Origin: an uncultured Nitrososphaerota archaeon
GTDB taxonomy: Archaea; Thermoproteota; Nitrososphaeria; Nitrososphaerales; Gagatemarchaeaceae
NCBI GenBank assembly: GCA_963718895.1
Contig: CAVRAG010000008.1
Span: forward strand, 992,001 to 1,056,000
DNA: 64,000 bases
Reading direction: 5' to 3'
Below the pieces are notes generated by a model. The model ran no database searches and was not told where the DNA came from. It saw only the letters and a list, made by a program, of their open reading frames with translations. Both the position numbers and the translations under genes were made by a program. Shown in pieces: positions 53,287 to 62,700 of this stretch (its first letter is position 1; every line of letters begins with the position of its first letter).

Positions 53287-53759
53287 GTCTGGACCTCCTT
53301 TGGGAGGGCCGCGACGCCTGTCCTCGCTATGTCGAGGACGCTGGTGTTGAGCCCGGCGACGAAGTCGTCAATCTGTTTGGCGCTCCCGACTATCTCCACC
53401 ACGGCGGACCGGGTCGACGAGTCCACGATGCGGCAGGATTGCATCTTCTGTATGTCGGCTATGGACATCTTGTCGGTGTTGATCCTCACGAGTGCCAGCT
53501 CTCTGGCCGTCACCTCCTCAGGACTGTAGGTGTGGGCTTCGAGGACGTCTATCACTTTCATCAGCTGCCTGGCCACGTGCTCTACGGCGGCGTCGTCTCC
53601 TTCGAGCGTTATGGTGATCCGGACGTCTTCGCCCCCGTTGGTCGCGCCAGCTGTCATCCCGTCGATGTTCAGGCGCATCAGCCTCACCAGGTGGACCACC
53701 CTGAAGAGGGCGCCGGGCTTGTTCTCGACCAGTGCCGAGAGAACCTTCGAGGCCCTCAG
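53283..53759 (-). CDS. ilvN: Acetolactate synthase small regulatory subunit (start approximate)
   Basis: LSALVENKPGAL, QLMKVIDV, RELALV, IARTG. Confidence 0.9.
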   Translation of the reverse strand: MRASKVLSALVENKPGALFRVVHLVRLMRLNIDGMTAGATNGGEDVRITITLEGDDAAVEHVARQLMKVIDVLEAHTYSPEEVTARELALVRINTDKMSIADIQKMQSCRIVDSSTRSAVVEIVGSAKQIDDFVAGLNTSVLDIARTGVAALPKEVQT

Positions 53760-55474
53760 AAGACGGACATCTCCTTGGATGTGCCGTAGACGGTCTCCTT
53801 GATGCTCTTCCCGGGAGGCATGAACGGGAAGACGTCCTCCTCGTGCGAGACGGGGACCTCTATGAGCGTGGGCGAGTCGCTCCTGACGCCCTCCCTCAGC
53901 GCCTTCCCGAACTCGTCGAGCGAGCCGACGCGCGTGCCCTGCACGCCGTAGGATTCGGCCAGCTTCACGAAATCGGGCAGGTTCTGGAATCTGATGCCGA
54001 TGAAGCGTCGGTTGTACATCAGCCTCTGCCACTGCTCGACCATCCCCAAGCTCCTGTCGTTCATCACTATGGCGACCACGGGGATCTTCTCCTCCACTGC
54101 CGTCGCGAGGGCCTGCTCGGTCATCACGAAGCTTCCGTCGCCATCGAAGTCGACCACCGGAACACCGGGCATTGCGAACTTCGCGCCCACTGCGGCCGGG
54201 AGTCCGAAGCCCATCGTCCCCAGGCCCGTAGAGGTCACCCAGGTCCTCGGCCGCATCACGCGGTAGTGGATTTCGCACCACATCTGGTGTCTGCCGACGC
54301 CGGTCGTGAGAATCGCTTCCGGAGGCAGTATGTCTCTCATCAGCTTGACAATCTTGGGTCCCGACAGTTCCGCGTAGGCGTCCTTGTAGGCGGGGATGCC
54401 CTTCATCTCCTCCCGGACCTGGTTGAGGCGCGCAAGCCACGCGTTGTCGTCGGTCTTCCTGGTGATTCGCCTTACCAGCGCGTCGAAGAGCATGGTGAGA
54501 ACTCGGTTCGCGTCACCGAGTATGCTCAGGGTGACGAGCTTGTTCTTGTTGAACTCGGTCGGGTCCGCGTCTATGTGGATGATCTTGGCGTCGGGCGCGA
54601 ACTCGCTGAAGGTCCCCGTCGAGCGGTCGGAGAACCTAACGCCCACGGCAAGAAGAACGTCACACTCTCCGACGAGCTTGTTGGCCTCGGCCCGTCCGTG
54701 CATCCCTATGGGTCCCACGGAGAGGGGATGGTCCTCTGGGAATGTCCCCTTGCCCTGGAGCGTCGTGATGACGGGGGCCACCAGGAGTTCGGCTATGGCC
54801 TTGAACTGAAGGGAGGCGTCCGCTATCCTGATCCCTCCTCCCCCGAAGAGCAGGGGCCTCTGGGCTTTCACCAGCATGTCGGCCGCCCTCTCGATGTCCT
54901 GCGAGTCGACCGCCGCACTGGGCCTGTATCCTCTAATCTCGATCGAGTCCGGGAAGGTAATTTCGGCCTCCTCCTGCTGCACGTCCTTGGGTATGTCGAG
55001 CAGGACGGGTCCTGGCCTCCCGGTCTGGGCGATGTAGAAACTCTTCTTCACGGCGGAGGGTATCTCGGCCGCGGAGAGGGGCTGAAGAGTGTACTTGGTT
55101 ATCGGGGTGAGCACACCGACCACATCCGTCTCCTGGAAGCCGCTCTTCCCCGTCATGCTCTTCGAGACCTGTCCCGTGATTGCGACCACTGGGGAAGAGT
55201 CGGCAAACGCCGTCGCGATCCCGGTGACGAGGTTTGTCGCTCCGGGACCCGAGGTGGCGGAGCAGACCCCGGCCTTCCTCGAGACCCTGCCGTAGGCGTC
55301 CGCCATGTGGGCGCCGATCTGCTCGTGCCTTACGAGCACGTGCTTGATCTTCGAGTCCCACAGCGCGTCATAGAACGGGAGGTTGGCGCCTCCAGGCATC
55401 CCGAAGATGTACTCTACCTTCTCCTTCTCAAGGGCCTCCACGATGGCCCGTGCCCCGGACATTTTTTCAGGCAT
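53756..55474 (-). CDS. ilvB: Acetolactate synthase large subunit
   Basis: FGMPGGA, VRHEQ, TSGPGATN, GLGTMGFGLP, GDGSF..N, LGMVEQWQ. Confidence 0.96.
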   Translation of the reverse strand: MPEKMSGARAIVEALEKEKVEYIFGMPGGANLPFYDALWDSKIKHVLVRHEQIGAHMADAYGRVSRKAGVCSATSGPGATNLVTGIATAFADSSPVVAITGQVSKSMTGKSGFQETDVVGVLTPITKYTLQPLSAAEIPSAVKKSFYIAQTGRPGPVLLDIPKDVQQEEAEITFPDSIEIRGYRPSAAVDSQDIERAADMLVKAQRPLLFGGGGIRIADASLQFKAIAELLVAPVITTLQGKGTFPEDHPLSVGPIGMHGRAEANKLVGECDVLLAVGVRFSDRSTGTFSEFAPDAKIIHIDADPTEFNKNKLVTLSILGDANRVLTMLFDALVRRITRKTDDNAWLARLNQVREEMKGIPAYKDAYAELSGPKIVKLMRDILPPEAILTTGVGRHQMWCEIHYRVMRPRTWVTSTGLGTMGFGLPAAVGAKFAMPGVPVVDFDGDGSFVMTEQALATAVEEKIPVVAIVMNDRSLGMVEQWQRLMYNRRFIGIRFQNLPDFVKLAESYGVQGTRVGSLDEFGKALREGVRSDSPTLIEVPVSHEEDVFPFMPPGKSIKETVYGTSKEMSVF

Positions 55475-55494
55475 TGTAACTATCACTTGTTTTT

Positions 55495-55536
55495 AGAAAT
55501 CCCTCGCTTGAACCCTAGAGCGAGAGACTCTAGAGT
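55495..55536 (-). promoter_or_regulatory. Alternative overlapping RNA hairpins, candidate attenuator
   Basis: CTCTCGCT/AGCGAGGG (55526-55501) competes with ACTCTAGAG/CTCTAGGGT (55536-55512), which covers the leader stop codon. Confidence 0.55.
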
Positions 55537-55595
55537 AAGACAATCAACGCTACTTGAGCAAGAACCGACTGTGTCGTAGCGTTGCCGCGTTGCAT
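55530..55595 (-). CDS. Putative ilv-leu operon leader peptide (21 aa), absent from the ORF track
   Basis: MQRGNATTQSVLAQVALIVLL*; 8 of the last 11 codons are Val/Leu/Ile; TATA about 26 nt upstream of the ATG. Confidence 0.7.
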   Translation of the reverse strand: MQRGNATTQSVLAQVALIVLL

Positions 55596-55616
55596 TGCCA
55601 GAAGGTAGGCGGGAGA

Positions 55617-55625
55617 TATATTTAA
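55617..55625 (-). promoter_or_regulatory. TATA box for the leader/ilvB transcript
   Basis: TTAAATATA on the minus strand, centred about 26 nt upstream of the leader ATG. Confidence 0.6.
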
Positions 55626-55694
55626 GAATTAACAGATTCAAATCAAGAACAGCAGCAGAATCAGGTCCGCGATGGGATTCCTTTGCCGCGTAGA

Positions 55695-55704
55695 TTTAAA
55701 TATA
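55695..55704 (+). promoter_or_regulatory. TATA box for the regulator-lipA transcript
   Basis: TTTAAATATA, about 24 nt upstream of the ATG at 55723. Confidence 0.55.
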
Positions 55705-55722
55705 ACGGCTTTATAGTCTATC

Positions 55723-56154
55723 ATGAAGAAAATGATCAATCCCTACGAGATGATATCCAAGAGCGCCCTGCCTGCCTTCAGGGCCATGATCGCCAAGAGG
55801 CTCACGGAGAACTACGACCTGACACAGCAAGAGGTCGCGACAAGGCTGGGATTGACACAGGCCTCCATAAGCAACTACGCGAGGAAGGCCCGCGGCATGA
55901 TGCTGAACCTTGAGATCGACCCCAACCTGGCGAAGGCCGCCGACCAGGTCGCGGAGGTCCTCTCCTCGGAGACTCCCAACCAGAGGGAGGCGCTCCGCAT
56001 GATGACCGAGGTCTGCGACTACATCAGATTCAACCACGTGATGTGCCGGCTCCATGAAGACCTGGACCCTGCCTTCAGGACGGAGGGGTGCTACGCCTGC
56101 GCGGGAGGTCTCCCGCTCGATAGCAGCCAGATAAAGGGAAAGCTCGTCGCCTAG
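55723..56154 (+). CDS. XRE-like HTH regulator (COG2522-like) with C-terminal Cys/His motif
   Basis: LPAFRAMIAKRL, LTQQEVATRLGLTQASISNY..RG, C..CRLH..CYAC. Confidence 0.82.
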   Translation: MKKMINPYEMISKSALPAFRAMIAKRLTENYDLTQQEVATRLGLTQASISNYARKARGMMLNLEIDPNLAKAADQVAEVLSSETPNQREALRMMTEVCDYIRFNHVMCRLHEDLDPAFRTEGCYACAGGLPLDSSQIKGKLVA

Positions 56155-56166
56155 GGCAAGAACGAT

Positions 56167-57057
56167 TTGGAAAGAAAGCCGGAGTGGCTGACGGTCCTCC
56201 CCTCTGGAGGTGAAAACCACCAGAGGCTGAAGACGCTCTTTGAAAACCTGAATCTTCACACCGTCTGTCAGGAAGCCCACTGCCCGAACGTGGCCGAGTG
56301 CTGGGGAGGCGGCACTGCCACCCTGATGCTCATGGGGGACATGTGCTCCCGGGCGTGCAGGTTCTGCATGGTCACCCCTGGCAGGCCCACGGCTCCGCTG
56401 GACGAGCTCGAACCAGACAACGTGGCCTTCGCCCTCTCCCAGATGGACCTGAACTATGTCGTCCTGACGTCCGTGGACAGAGACGACGTGCCCGACGGGG
56501 GCGCTTCGCACTTCGCAAGAACGATTGAGAAAATCAGGGAGAGCAGCCCCGGGATGATGGTCGAGGTACTCATCCCGGATTTCCAGAACGACGTTGACGC
56601 GATACGGACGGTGGTCGAATCCCGTCCGGACGTGATCGCCCACAACATCGAGACGACCCTCTTCCTGAGCGACCGGGTGAGAGACCCCCGGGCCAACTAC
56701 TGGCAGTCGCTCTCGGTCTTGAGGACCGTGAAGAAGCTGGACCCGAGGATGTTCACGAAGTCTTCGATCATGGTCGGGCTCGGAGAGCAGGAGGAGGAGA
56801 TGAGGCTCGCAATGGCGCACCTGCGCGGAGCGGGAGTAGACTTCCTCACCATCGGGCAGTACCTCAGGCCGTCGAAGAGGCACCTTCCCGTGAGGGAGTA
56901 CGTCAATCCGGAGGCCTTCGAGGCGTACAAAAGGATGGGAGAGGAGATGGGGTTCAGATACGTGGCCTCGGGCCCGCTGGTCAGGACCAGCTACAGGGCC
57001 GGGGAGTTCTTCGTTCGCTCCATAGTGACCAGAGCCAAGGCAATCAACGAAGTCTGA
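56167..57057 (+). CDS. lipA: Lipoyl synthase
   Basis: CQEAHCPNVAEC, CSRACRFC, GQYLRP, VRTSY. Confidence 0.96.
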   Translation: MERKPEWLTVLPSGGENHQRLKTLFENLNLHTVCQEAHCPNVAECWGGGTATLMLMGDMCSRACRFCMVTPGRPTAPLDELEPDNVAFALSQMDLNYVVLTSVDRDDVPDGGASHFARTIEKIRESSPGMMVEVLIPDFQNDVDAIRTVVESRPDVIAHNIETTLFLSDRVRDPRANYWQSLSVLRTVKKLDPRMFTKSSIMVGLGEQEEEMRLAMAHLRGAGVDFLTIGQYLRPSKRHLPVREYVNPEAFEAYKRMGEEMGFRYVASGPLVRTSYRAGEFFVRSIVTRAKAINEV

Positions 57058-57118
57058 AGCAAAGATAGCATAGTCTTATCAGCGAGAAACGCGCCTGACG
57101 GTCAGTAGGTTTCCGCCC

Positions 57119-58187
57119 ATGGAGATGCTGCAAATCGTCAGAGCGGACGGCGAATTCGACTCCAAGTCGGAGCCCAACCTTCGTGCCGAGGACCTGCAGA
57201 AGATGTACCGGCAGATGCTCACAATCAGGCGGTTCAATGAGAGGATGCTCCTTCTCCAGAGGCAGGGGAGGATCGGTTTCTTCATCGAGTCCACCGGGCA
57301 GGAGGCATGCCAGATTGGGAGCGCGTTCCCCCTCACCCAGGGCGACTGGGTCTACGGGGGTTACAGGGACCCAGGCATCTGTCTCGTGAGGGGCGTGCCC
57401 CTCAAGGCGCTGGTCGACCAGCTCATGTCGAACGCGGACGACCCGAACAAGGGCAGGCAGATGGGGGTCCACTGGGGCTACAAGGAGTGGAACATCGTGA
57501 GCCTGTCCAGTCCCGTTGCCTGCCGCCTCTCGCAGGCGGTCGGGACGGCCTACGCGGCCAAGATAAAGAAGGACAACATCGTCTGCCTCACGAGCTTCGG
57601 CGACGGCGCGACGTCCCAGGGCGAGTTCCACTCGGCGATGAACTTCGCCGGTGTCTTCAAGGTCCCGGTCATATTCTTCTGCGAGAACAACCAGTACGCC
57701 ATATCCCTCCCCGTGAGGAGGCAGACGGCGAGCGAGAACATCGCGGTCAAGGCGGACGCCTACGGCTTCGAGGGAGTGCTCGTCGACGGCAACGACGTGC
57801 TCGCGGTCTACAAGGCGACGAGGGCGGCGGTCGACAAGGCCAGGTCTGGCGGCGGCGCGACCCTGATCGAGGCGGTCACCTACAGGATCGGAGGCCACTC
57901 CTCATCGGACGACCCCACCAAGTACAGGACCTCCGAGGAGCTGGAGCTCTGGAGGTCCAGGGACCCGATCAAGCGGTTCAGGATCTACCTGATGAAGAAG
58001 GGCCTGCTGACGTCTCAGGAGGACAGGAAGGTGCAGGACGAGGTCGACTCGGAGCTGGTCTCAGATCATCAAGGCGAGCGAGAAGGTCCCGCACCCGGCG
58101 CGCCTCTCGATGTTCACGGACGTCTACGCGGAGATGCCGTGGCATCTCAAGGAGGAGGCCGACGAGCTCGAGCAGGAGGGGAGATAG
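57119..58187 (+). CDS. 2-oxoacid dehydrogenase E1 alpha, probably branched-chain type (frameshift near 58060)
   Basis: QRQGRIGF, GQEA, KGRQM, GDGATSQGEFH..NN, HSSSDDP. Confidence 0.9.
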
Positions 58188-59163
58188 ACGGCCCTGCAGA
58201 CCATAGTGCAGGCGGTCAACCAGACGCTGCGCGATGAGATGAGACGGAACGGGAACATGGTCATCTTGGGAGAGGACGTCGGGAGGGACGGAGGCGTCTT
58301 CAGGGCGACCGAGGGGCTCTTCGACGAGTTCGGCGGGGAGAGGGTGCTCGACACGCCTCTGGCGGAGGACGCGATAGTGGGGATGGCCATAGGCATGGCG
58401 CTCTACGGGCTCCAGCCGGTCGCTGAGATCCAGTTCATGGACTTCATCTACCCCGCCTTCAACGAGATAGTCAGCGAGCTTGCGAAGATGAGGTACAGGT
58501 CCGGTGGGCAGTTCCAGGCGCACGTGGTCATCCGCACGCCCTACGGCGGGGGTGTCAAGGGCGGTCACTATCACTCACAGAGCACCGAGGCTTACTTCAT
58601 CCACACTCCAGGGCTCGTTGTCCTCGCGCCGTCGACGCCCTACGACACCAAGGGTCTGCTCTTGTCCGCGATGAGGTCGCCGGACCCCGTGATCTTCCTC
58701 GAGCCGAAGCGAATCTACAGGACGGTCAAGGAGGAGGTCCCCACCGAGGAGTACCTCGTCCCCATCGGCAAGGCCAAGGTGGTCCAGGAGGGGACCGACG
58801 TGACCCTCGTGAGCTGGGGCGCCATGGTTCAGACGTGCAGGGAGGCCGTGGCCCTCGGGTGCCAAGGAGAACCTGAGCGTGGAGCTGATCGACCTGCGGT
58901 CGCTGCTCCCCTTCGACATCGAGACGGTCGTGCAGTCGGTCAGGAAGACGGGCAGGCTGGTCATAGCGCACGAAGCCACGAAGATTGCGGGTTTCGGGGC
59001 GGAGATATCGGCACAGGTAAGCGAGAGGGCCATCGACTCGCTGAGAGCGCCGATCCTGAGGCTCGCAGGGTTCGATACGCCATTCCCGTACGCCCTTGAG
59101 AACGTCTACCTGCCTTCACCAGAAAGGATACTTAGAGCCGTCAGGAAGGCCTCTAGCTACTGA
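58188..59163 (+). CDS. 2-oxoacid dehydrogenase E1 beta (frameshift near 58857; start reads ACG)
   Basis: GEDVG..GGVFRAT, DTPLAE, EIQFMDF, HYHSQS, IDLRSL, DTPFP. Confidence 0.92.
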
Positions 59164-59170
59164 GACTTCA

Positions 59171-60367
59171 TTGGTTCAATACGAGCTCAAGTTACCTGAC
59201 ATAGGTGAGGGTGTTGCTGAAGGAGAGATTCTCAAGTGGCTCGTCAAGGAGGGCGAGGAGGTGAAGGAGGACCAGTCGCTCGTCGAGGTCATGACGGACA
59301 AGGTGAACGTCCAGATCCCTTCTCCCAAGGACGGGACTGTGGCGAAGCTTCTAGTCAAGGAGGGGGAGGTCGTCAAGGTCGGGCTAGGCATACTCCTGAT
59401 CGAGGTCGCCGAGTCGGGTCAGGCTACCCCCGATGAGGCCGGACCCGCGCCCGCGTCCGTCCCTACCCCGCAGGTCCTCCAGTCTCCAGCATCCCCCGAC
59501 CGCGTCCTTGCGACGCCGGCGACCCGGAAGCTTGCGCGAGAGCTCGGGGTCGACATCACACAGGTCACGGGCACGGGTCCTAGCGGCCGTGTGACCGAGG
59601 ACGACCTGAGGGGCAAGGGTTCATCGGCCCCGGTGATGAAGGAGACGGTTCCCGTGCCTCCCGGTGGAGACGAGCGTGTGCAACTCAGGGGAGTCAGGAA
59701 GCTCATGGCGGAAAGGATGGCGAAGTCGTTCCACACGATGGCCCAGGTCACGCTGGTCGACGAGGTCGACATGACCGAGCTGGTCCTTCTCAGGGAGGCG
59801 TTCAAGGGCAGCGCCCAGAAGAAGGGAGTGAAGCTCACGTTCCTGCCGCTCGTCATCAAGGCTGTGCTCCCCGCCCTGAAGGAGTTCCCCTTCGTCAACT
59901 CGATGATGGACGAGAGGAGCGGGGAGATAGTCCTGAAGAAGCGGTACAACATCGGAATCGCTGTCGACACCCCGAACGGGCTCATGGTCCCGGTCGTCAA
60001 GGACGCAGACAGGAAGGACATCTTCGAGCTCTCGGCGGAGATGGAGAGGCTTGCGGCGAGGGCGCGGACCGGAGAACTGGGGCTGGAGGAGGTCCAGGGC
60101 TCGACGTTCACGATCACCAACCTGGGATCGATCGGGGGGCTCTTCGGGACCCCGATTGTCAACTACCCGGAGGTCGCCATACTGGGGACGCACCGCATCT
60201 CGAAGAGGCCCGTCGTGAAGGAGGGGGAGATTGAGATCAGGGACATGATGTACCTTTCCATGAGCTTCGACCACAGGGTGATGGACGGCGCCTACGGCGC
60301 GAGGTTCATGAACCGGGTCATCGACATCATACAGGACCCGAAGAAGATACTCTCAGAGATACTCTGA
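59171..60367 (+). CDS. Dihydrolipoamide acyltransferase E2
   Basis: LPDIGEG, MTDKV lipoyl Lys, ATPATRKLA, FDHRVMDG. Confidence 0.95.
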   Translation: MVQYELKLPDIGEGVAEGEILKWLVKEGEEVKEDQSLVEVMTDKVNVQIPSPKDGTVAKLLVKEGEVVKVGLGILLIEVAESGQATPDEAGPAPASVPTPQVLQSPASPDRVLATPATRKLARELGVDITQVTGTGPSGRVTEDDLRGKGSSAPVMKETVPVPPGGDERVQLRGVRKLMAERMAKSFHTMAQVTLVDEVDMTELVLLREAFKGSAQKKGVKLTFLPLVIKAVLPALKEFPFVNSMMDERSGEIVLKKRYNIGIAVDTPNGLMVPVVKDADRKDIFELSAEMERLAARARTGELGLEEVQGSTFTITNLGSIGGLFGTPIVNYPEVAILGTHRISKRPVVKEGEIEIRDMMYLSMSFDHRVMDGAYGARFMNRVIDIIQDPKKILSEIL

Positions 60368-60369
60368 GC

Positions 60370-60597
60370 TCAGGCCTGGACCAGGGTCTCTGTGCTTCTG
60401 ACGCCGCGCGCCGAGTTGATCTGGCCCGTCAGCTTCCTGATCTCGGGATAGCCAGACGCCTCGATGAACGCGACCATGTCGTACCTCCCGTAGGCGATGA
60501 AAGCCTTCCTGACGCCCTTGAGGGACTTGGTCTTCTGAAGGACCGAGTCCGTCTCCAGCGGCACCGTCTTGATCAGGATGCAGGCGTTGAGGGTCAA
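60370..60597 (-). CDS. Stand-alone Lrp/AsnC ligand-binding domain protein
   Basis: ACILIK..YGRYDMVA..GVRSTETL. Confidence 0.82.
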   Translation of the reverse strand: MTLNACILIKTVPLETDSVLQKTKSLKGVRKAFIAYGRYDMVAFIEASGYPEIRKLTGQINSARGVRSTETLVQA

Positions 60598-60598
60598 C

Positions 60599-60832
60599 CT
60601 AGGACACCTCTACCTCGGGCAGCGTCTCTGTGAAGACAACCCCGGAGAGCCTGTTCACCTTCAGGATGGCGTGGGCGAGGGCCTTCGTATTGGTTGCCTC
60701 GAAATCGGCGACAATATCATAGCGGCCGAGCACCGAGAAGGCGCTCCTGACCTGGGGAATCTGCTTCAGATTGTCGGCGACTTCGTCGAACTTTCCCCGC
60801 TCTGCCCTTATCAGAACACATGCGGAAATCAA
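60599..60832 (-). CDS. Stand-alone Lrp/AsnC ligand-binding domain protein
   Basis: ACVLIR..LGRYDIVA..GVVFTETL. Confidence 0.82.
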   Translation of the reverse strand: MISACVLIRAERGKFDEVADNLKQIPQVRSAFSVLGRYDIVADFEATNTKALAHAILKVNRLSGVVFTETLPEVEVS

Positions 60833-60985
60833 TCCAACCGAGGATTGTCCCGGAGCCTAGCTAATAAACGGTTCCCGGGCAGATCTCCGGAATCCCTGAA
60901 GCGTGCCAGGAATAGGTTCAAATTCGTCATCCCTGCATCATGGCCAGATCACATGATGCCAGCTTCAGTTAGTGTACATGGGAGG

Positions 60986-62044
60986 ATGGAGAGTCATGGA
61001 GACGAGTGGAAGAGCCCGCTCAGCGTCTCTCCCGAAGGACCTGTCGTGGCCTATGCCCTTTCGCATGAAACGTATACCGTGCCGCAGCTTCTCGAGTACG
61101 GGGCAGCGGCGGAGCGAGCGGGGTTCAGGATGGCATGGACCAGCGACCACTTCCAGCCCTGGCAGGACAACCAGGGTCACTCCGGTCTGGCCTGGGTTAC
61201 CCTGGCGGCTCTCAGCCAGCGCACGTCCCATCTGGCCTTCGGCACAGGTGTGACCTGCCCGACGTTCCGCTATCTCCCGGCGATAGTCGCGGAAGCCTGG
61301 GCGTCGCTCAGCCATCTGGCCCCGGGCCGCGTCTTCCTAGGACTGGGGACCGGGGAGAACCTGAACGAGGGGGCTTCGGGCGGTGGATGGGGCAAGTACC
61401 AGGAGCGCTCCGAGCGGCTTATCGAAGCCATCAGAATCATCCGGGAGCTTTGGACCGGGGAGCGCGTGAAGATCCATGGGAAGTACTGGGACGTCGATGC
61501 CAAGCTCTATGACAAGCCGGCATCGCCCATCCCAATCTACATCGCCGCGGGTGGCCCGAAGAGCGCGCGGATCGCGGGGCTCCACGGAGACGGCCTGATC
61601 GCAGAGGGAGGGCCGCTCGGTTCCAACCCGCTCTACAAGGCAGCTTGGCAGGAAGGGGCGCGCGAGTCGGGGAAGGACCCTTCCACCCTCCCGATCATCG
61701 TCGAGCTCTACGCGGTCGTGGGAGGGGAGAGAGAGGCGAGGCAGAGTGCCGACCTCTGGCACTTCACTCCGCAGGCCTGGAAGCACGGATATTTTGACGA
61801 GGTCGACCCCCTCCGAATACAGCAGAAGGCCGAGCGCGAGATCCCGTTGGAGGTCGTCTACAGGGACTGGCCCGTAGGCACGGATCCCGAGGTCCACCTC
61901 AAGGCGATCAGGGATACGGCCGCGAGGGGCGCGACCCACGTGGTGATCACGACCGCGACCCCGAACCAGCTGGAGGTGATCGACTTCTACGGAACCAAGG
62001 TACTCCCCTATGTTAGGGGCGGGACCCGAACTATGGGTCGATGA
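60986..62044 (+). CDS. F420-dependent LLM-class oxidoreductase (G6PDH-like); start uncertain
   Basis: LSHE, SDHFQPW, GTGVTCP, GLGTGENLNE, AAGGP. Confidence 0.88.
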   Translation: MESHGDEWKSPLSVSPEGPVVAYALSHETYTVPQLLEYGAAAERAGFRMAWTSDHFQPWQDNQGHSGLAWVTLAALSQRTSHLAFGTGVTCPTFRYLPAIVAEAWASLSHLAPGRVFLGLGTGENLNEGASGGGWGKYQERSERLIEAIRIIRELWTGERVKIHGKYWDVDAKLYDKPASPIPIYIAAGGPKSARIAGLHGDGLIAEGGPLGSNPLYKAAWQEGARESGKDPSTLPIIVELYAVVGGEREARQSADLWHFTPQAWKHGYFDEVDPLRIQQKAEREIPLEVVYRDWPVGTDPEVHLKAIRDTAARGATHVVITTATPNQLEVIDFYGTKVLPYVRGGTRTMGR

Positions 62045-62700
62045 GGCCGCCCCGGTGCCTGAACGTGCTCCCGAATAGTAGAGGCCGGTGGCCGCATCGG
62101 TGGGTTTGGCCGTGTACTCGAACTTGGAGGTACACCATACGCGCCGTAGATCGTCCCGTACGGCTTGTAGTCGGAGCTGAACAGGGTCGAATCAGAGGAG
62201 CTGGTGATTTTGCAAACTTCGTTGATCGCTTAAGGCATTGGGGGGCACACGCCGTTCGAAAGAGCCTAATTAGTGCTCAGATTGGTTTGAATAGCCCAAT
62301 TACGGCTTGTATGCAATAGCCCGGCCAGGATTCGCTACTAGGATGGGGTTGGAACCACCAACGGGATTACGAGCACATTGACTTCTGGTACTGAAATCAA
62401 GCCGGCTCCGAAGTACTGATGGATGACTCCAAAAGTGGTGGATCCTACTTCTCCTGGTCCATCCCTTTTGGCAGACTTGACTGTCGTCCTCGAGGTCTGA
62501 CAAGAAGAAAGTGGAAAAAAAGAAACACTACAACGTAGGCCGCCATCCCCACCACATCTGCAATCAGCTCGGCTACTCCGGCCCAATGAGGCCTCGGTGA
62601 CTGCTCCCCCCAAGAGAAGGGCGATGATCATGACAACGATGGTCTTCACGTGCGTCGAGGATGAAGTCGCTACCCGTCCTTGTCCTAGATATGGGAATGC

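Noticed and set aside
53732-55579. Long antisense ORFs (this 615-aa ORF, 44534-45640, 51317-52423, 20348-21406 and others)
   Set aside because: Shadow ORFs of well-supported genes in a GC-rich genome
4900-59163. Programmed frameshifting or mass pseudogenisation of sdh, leu and E1 genes
   Set aside because: Indels cluster regionally (0-8.4 kb, 44-59 kb) while 8.4-43 kb is clean. Motifs are intact and no shared slippery site is evident, consistent with assembly error
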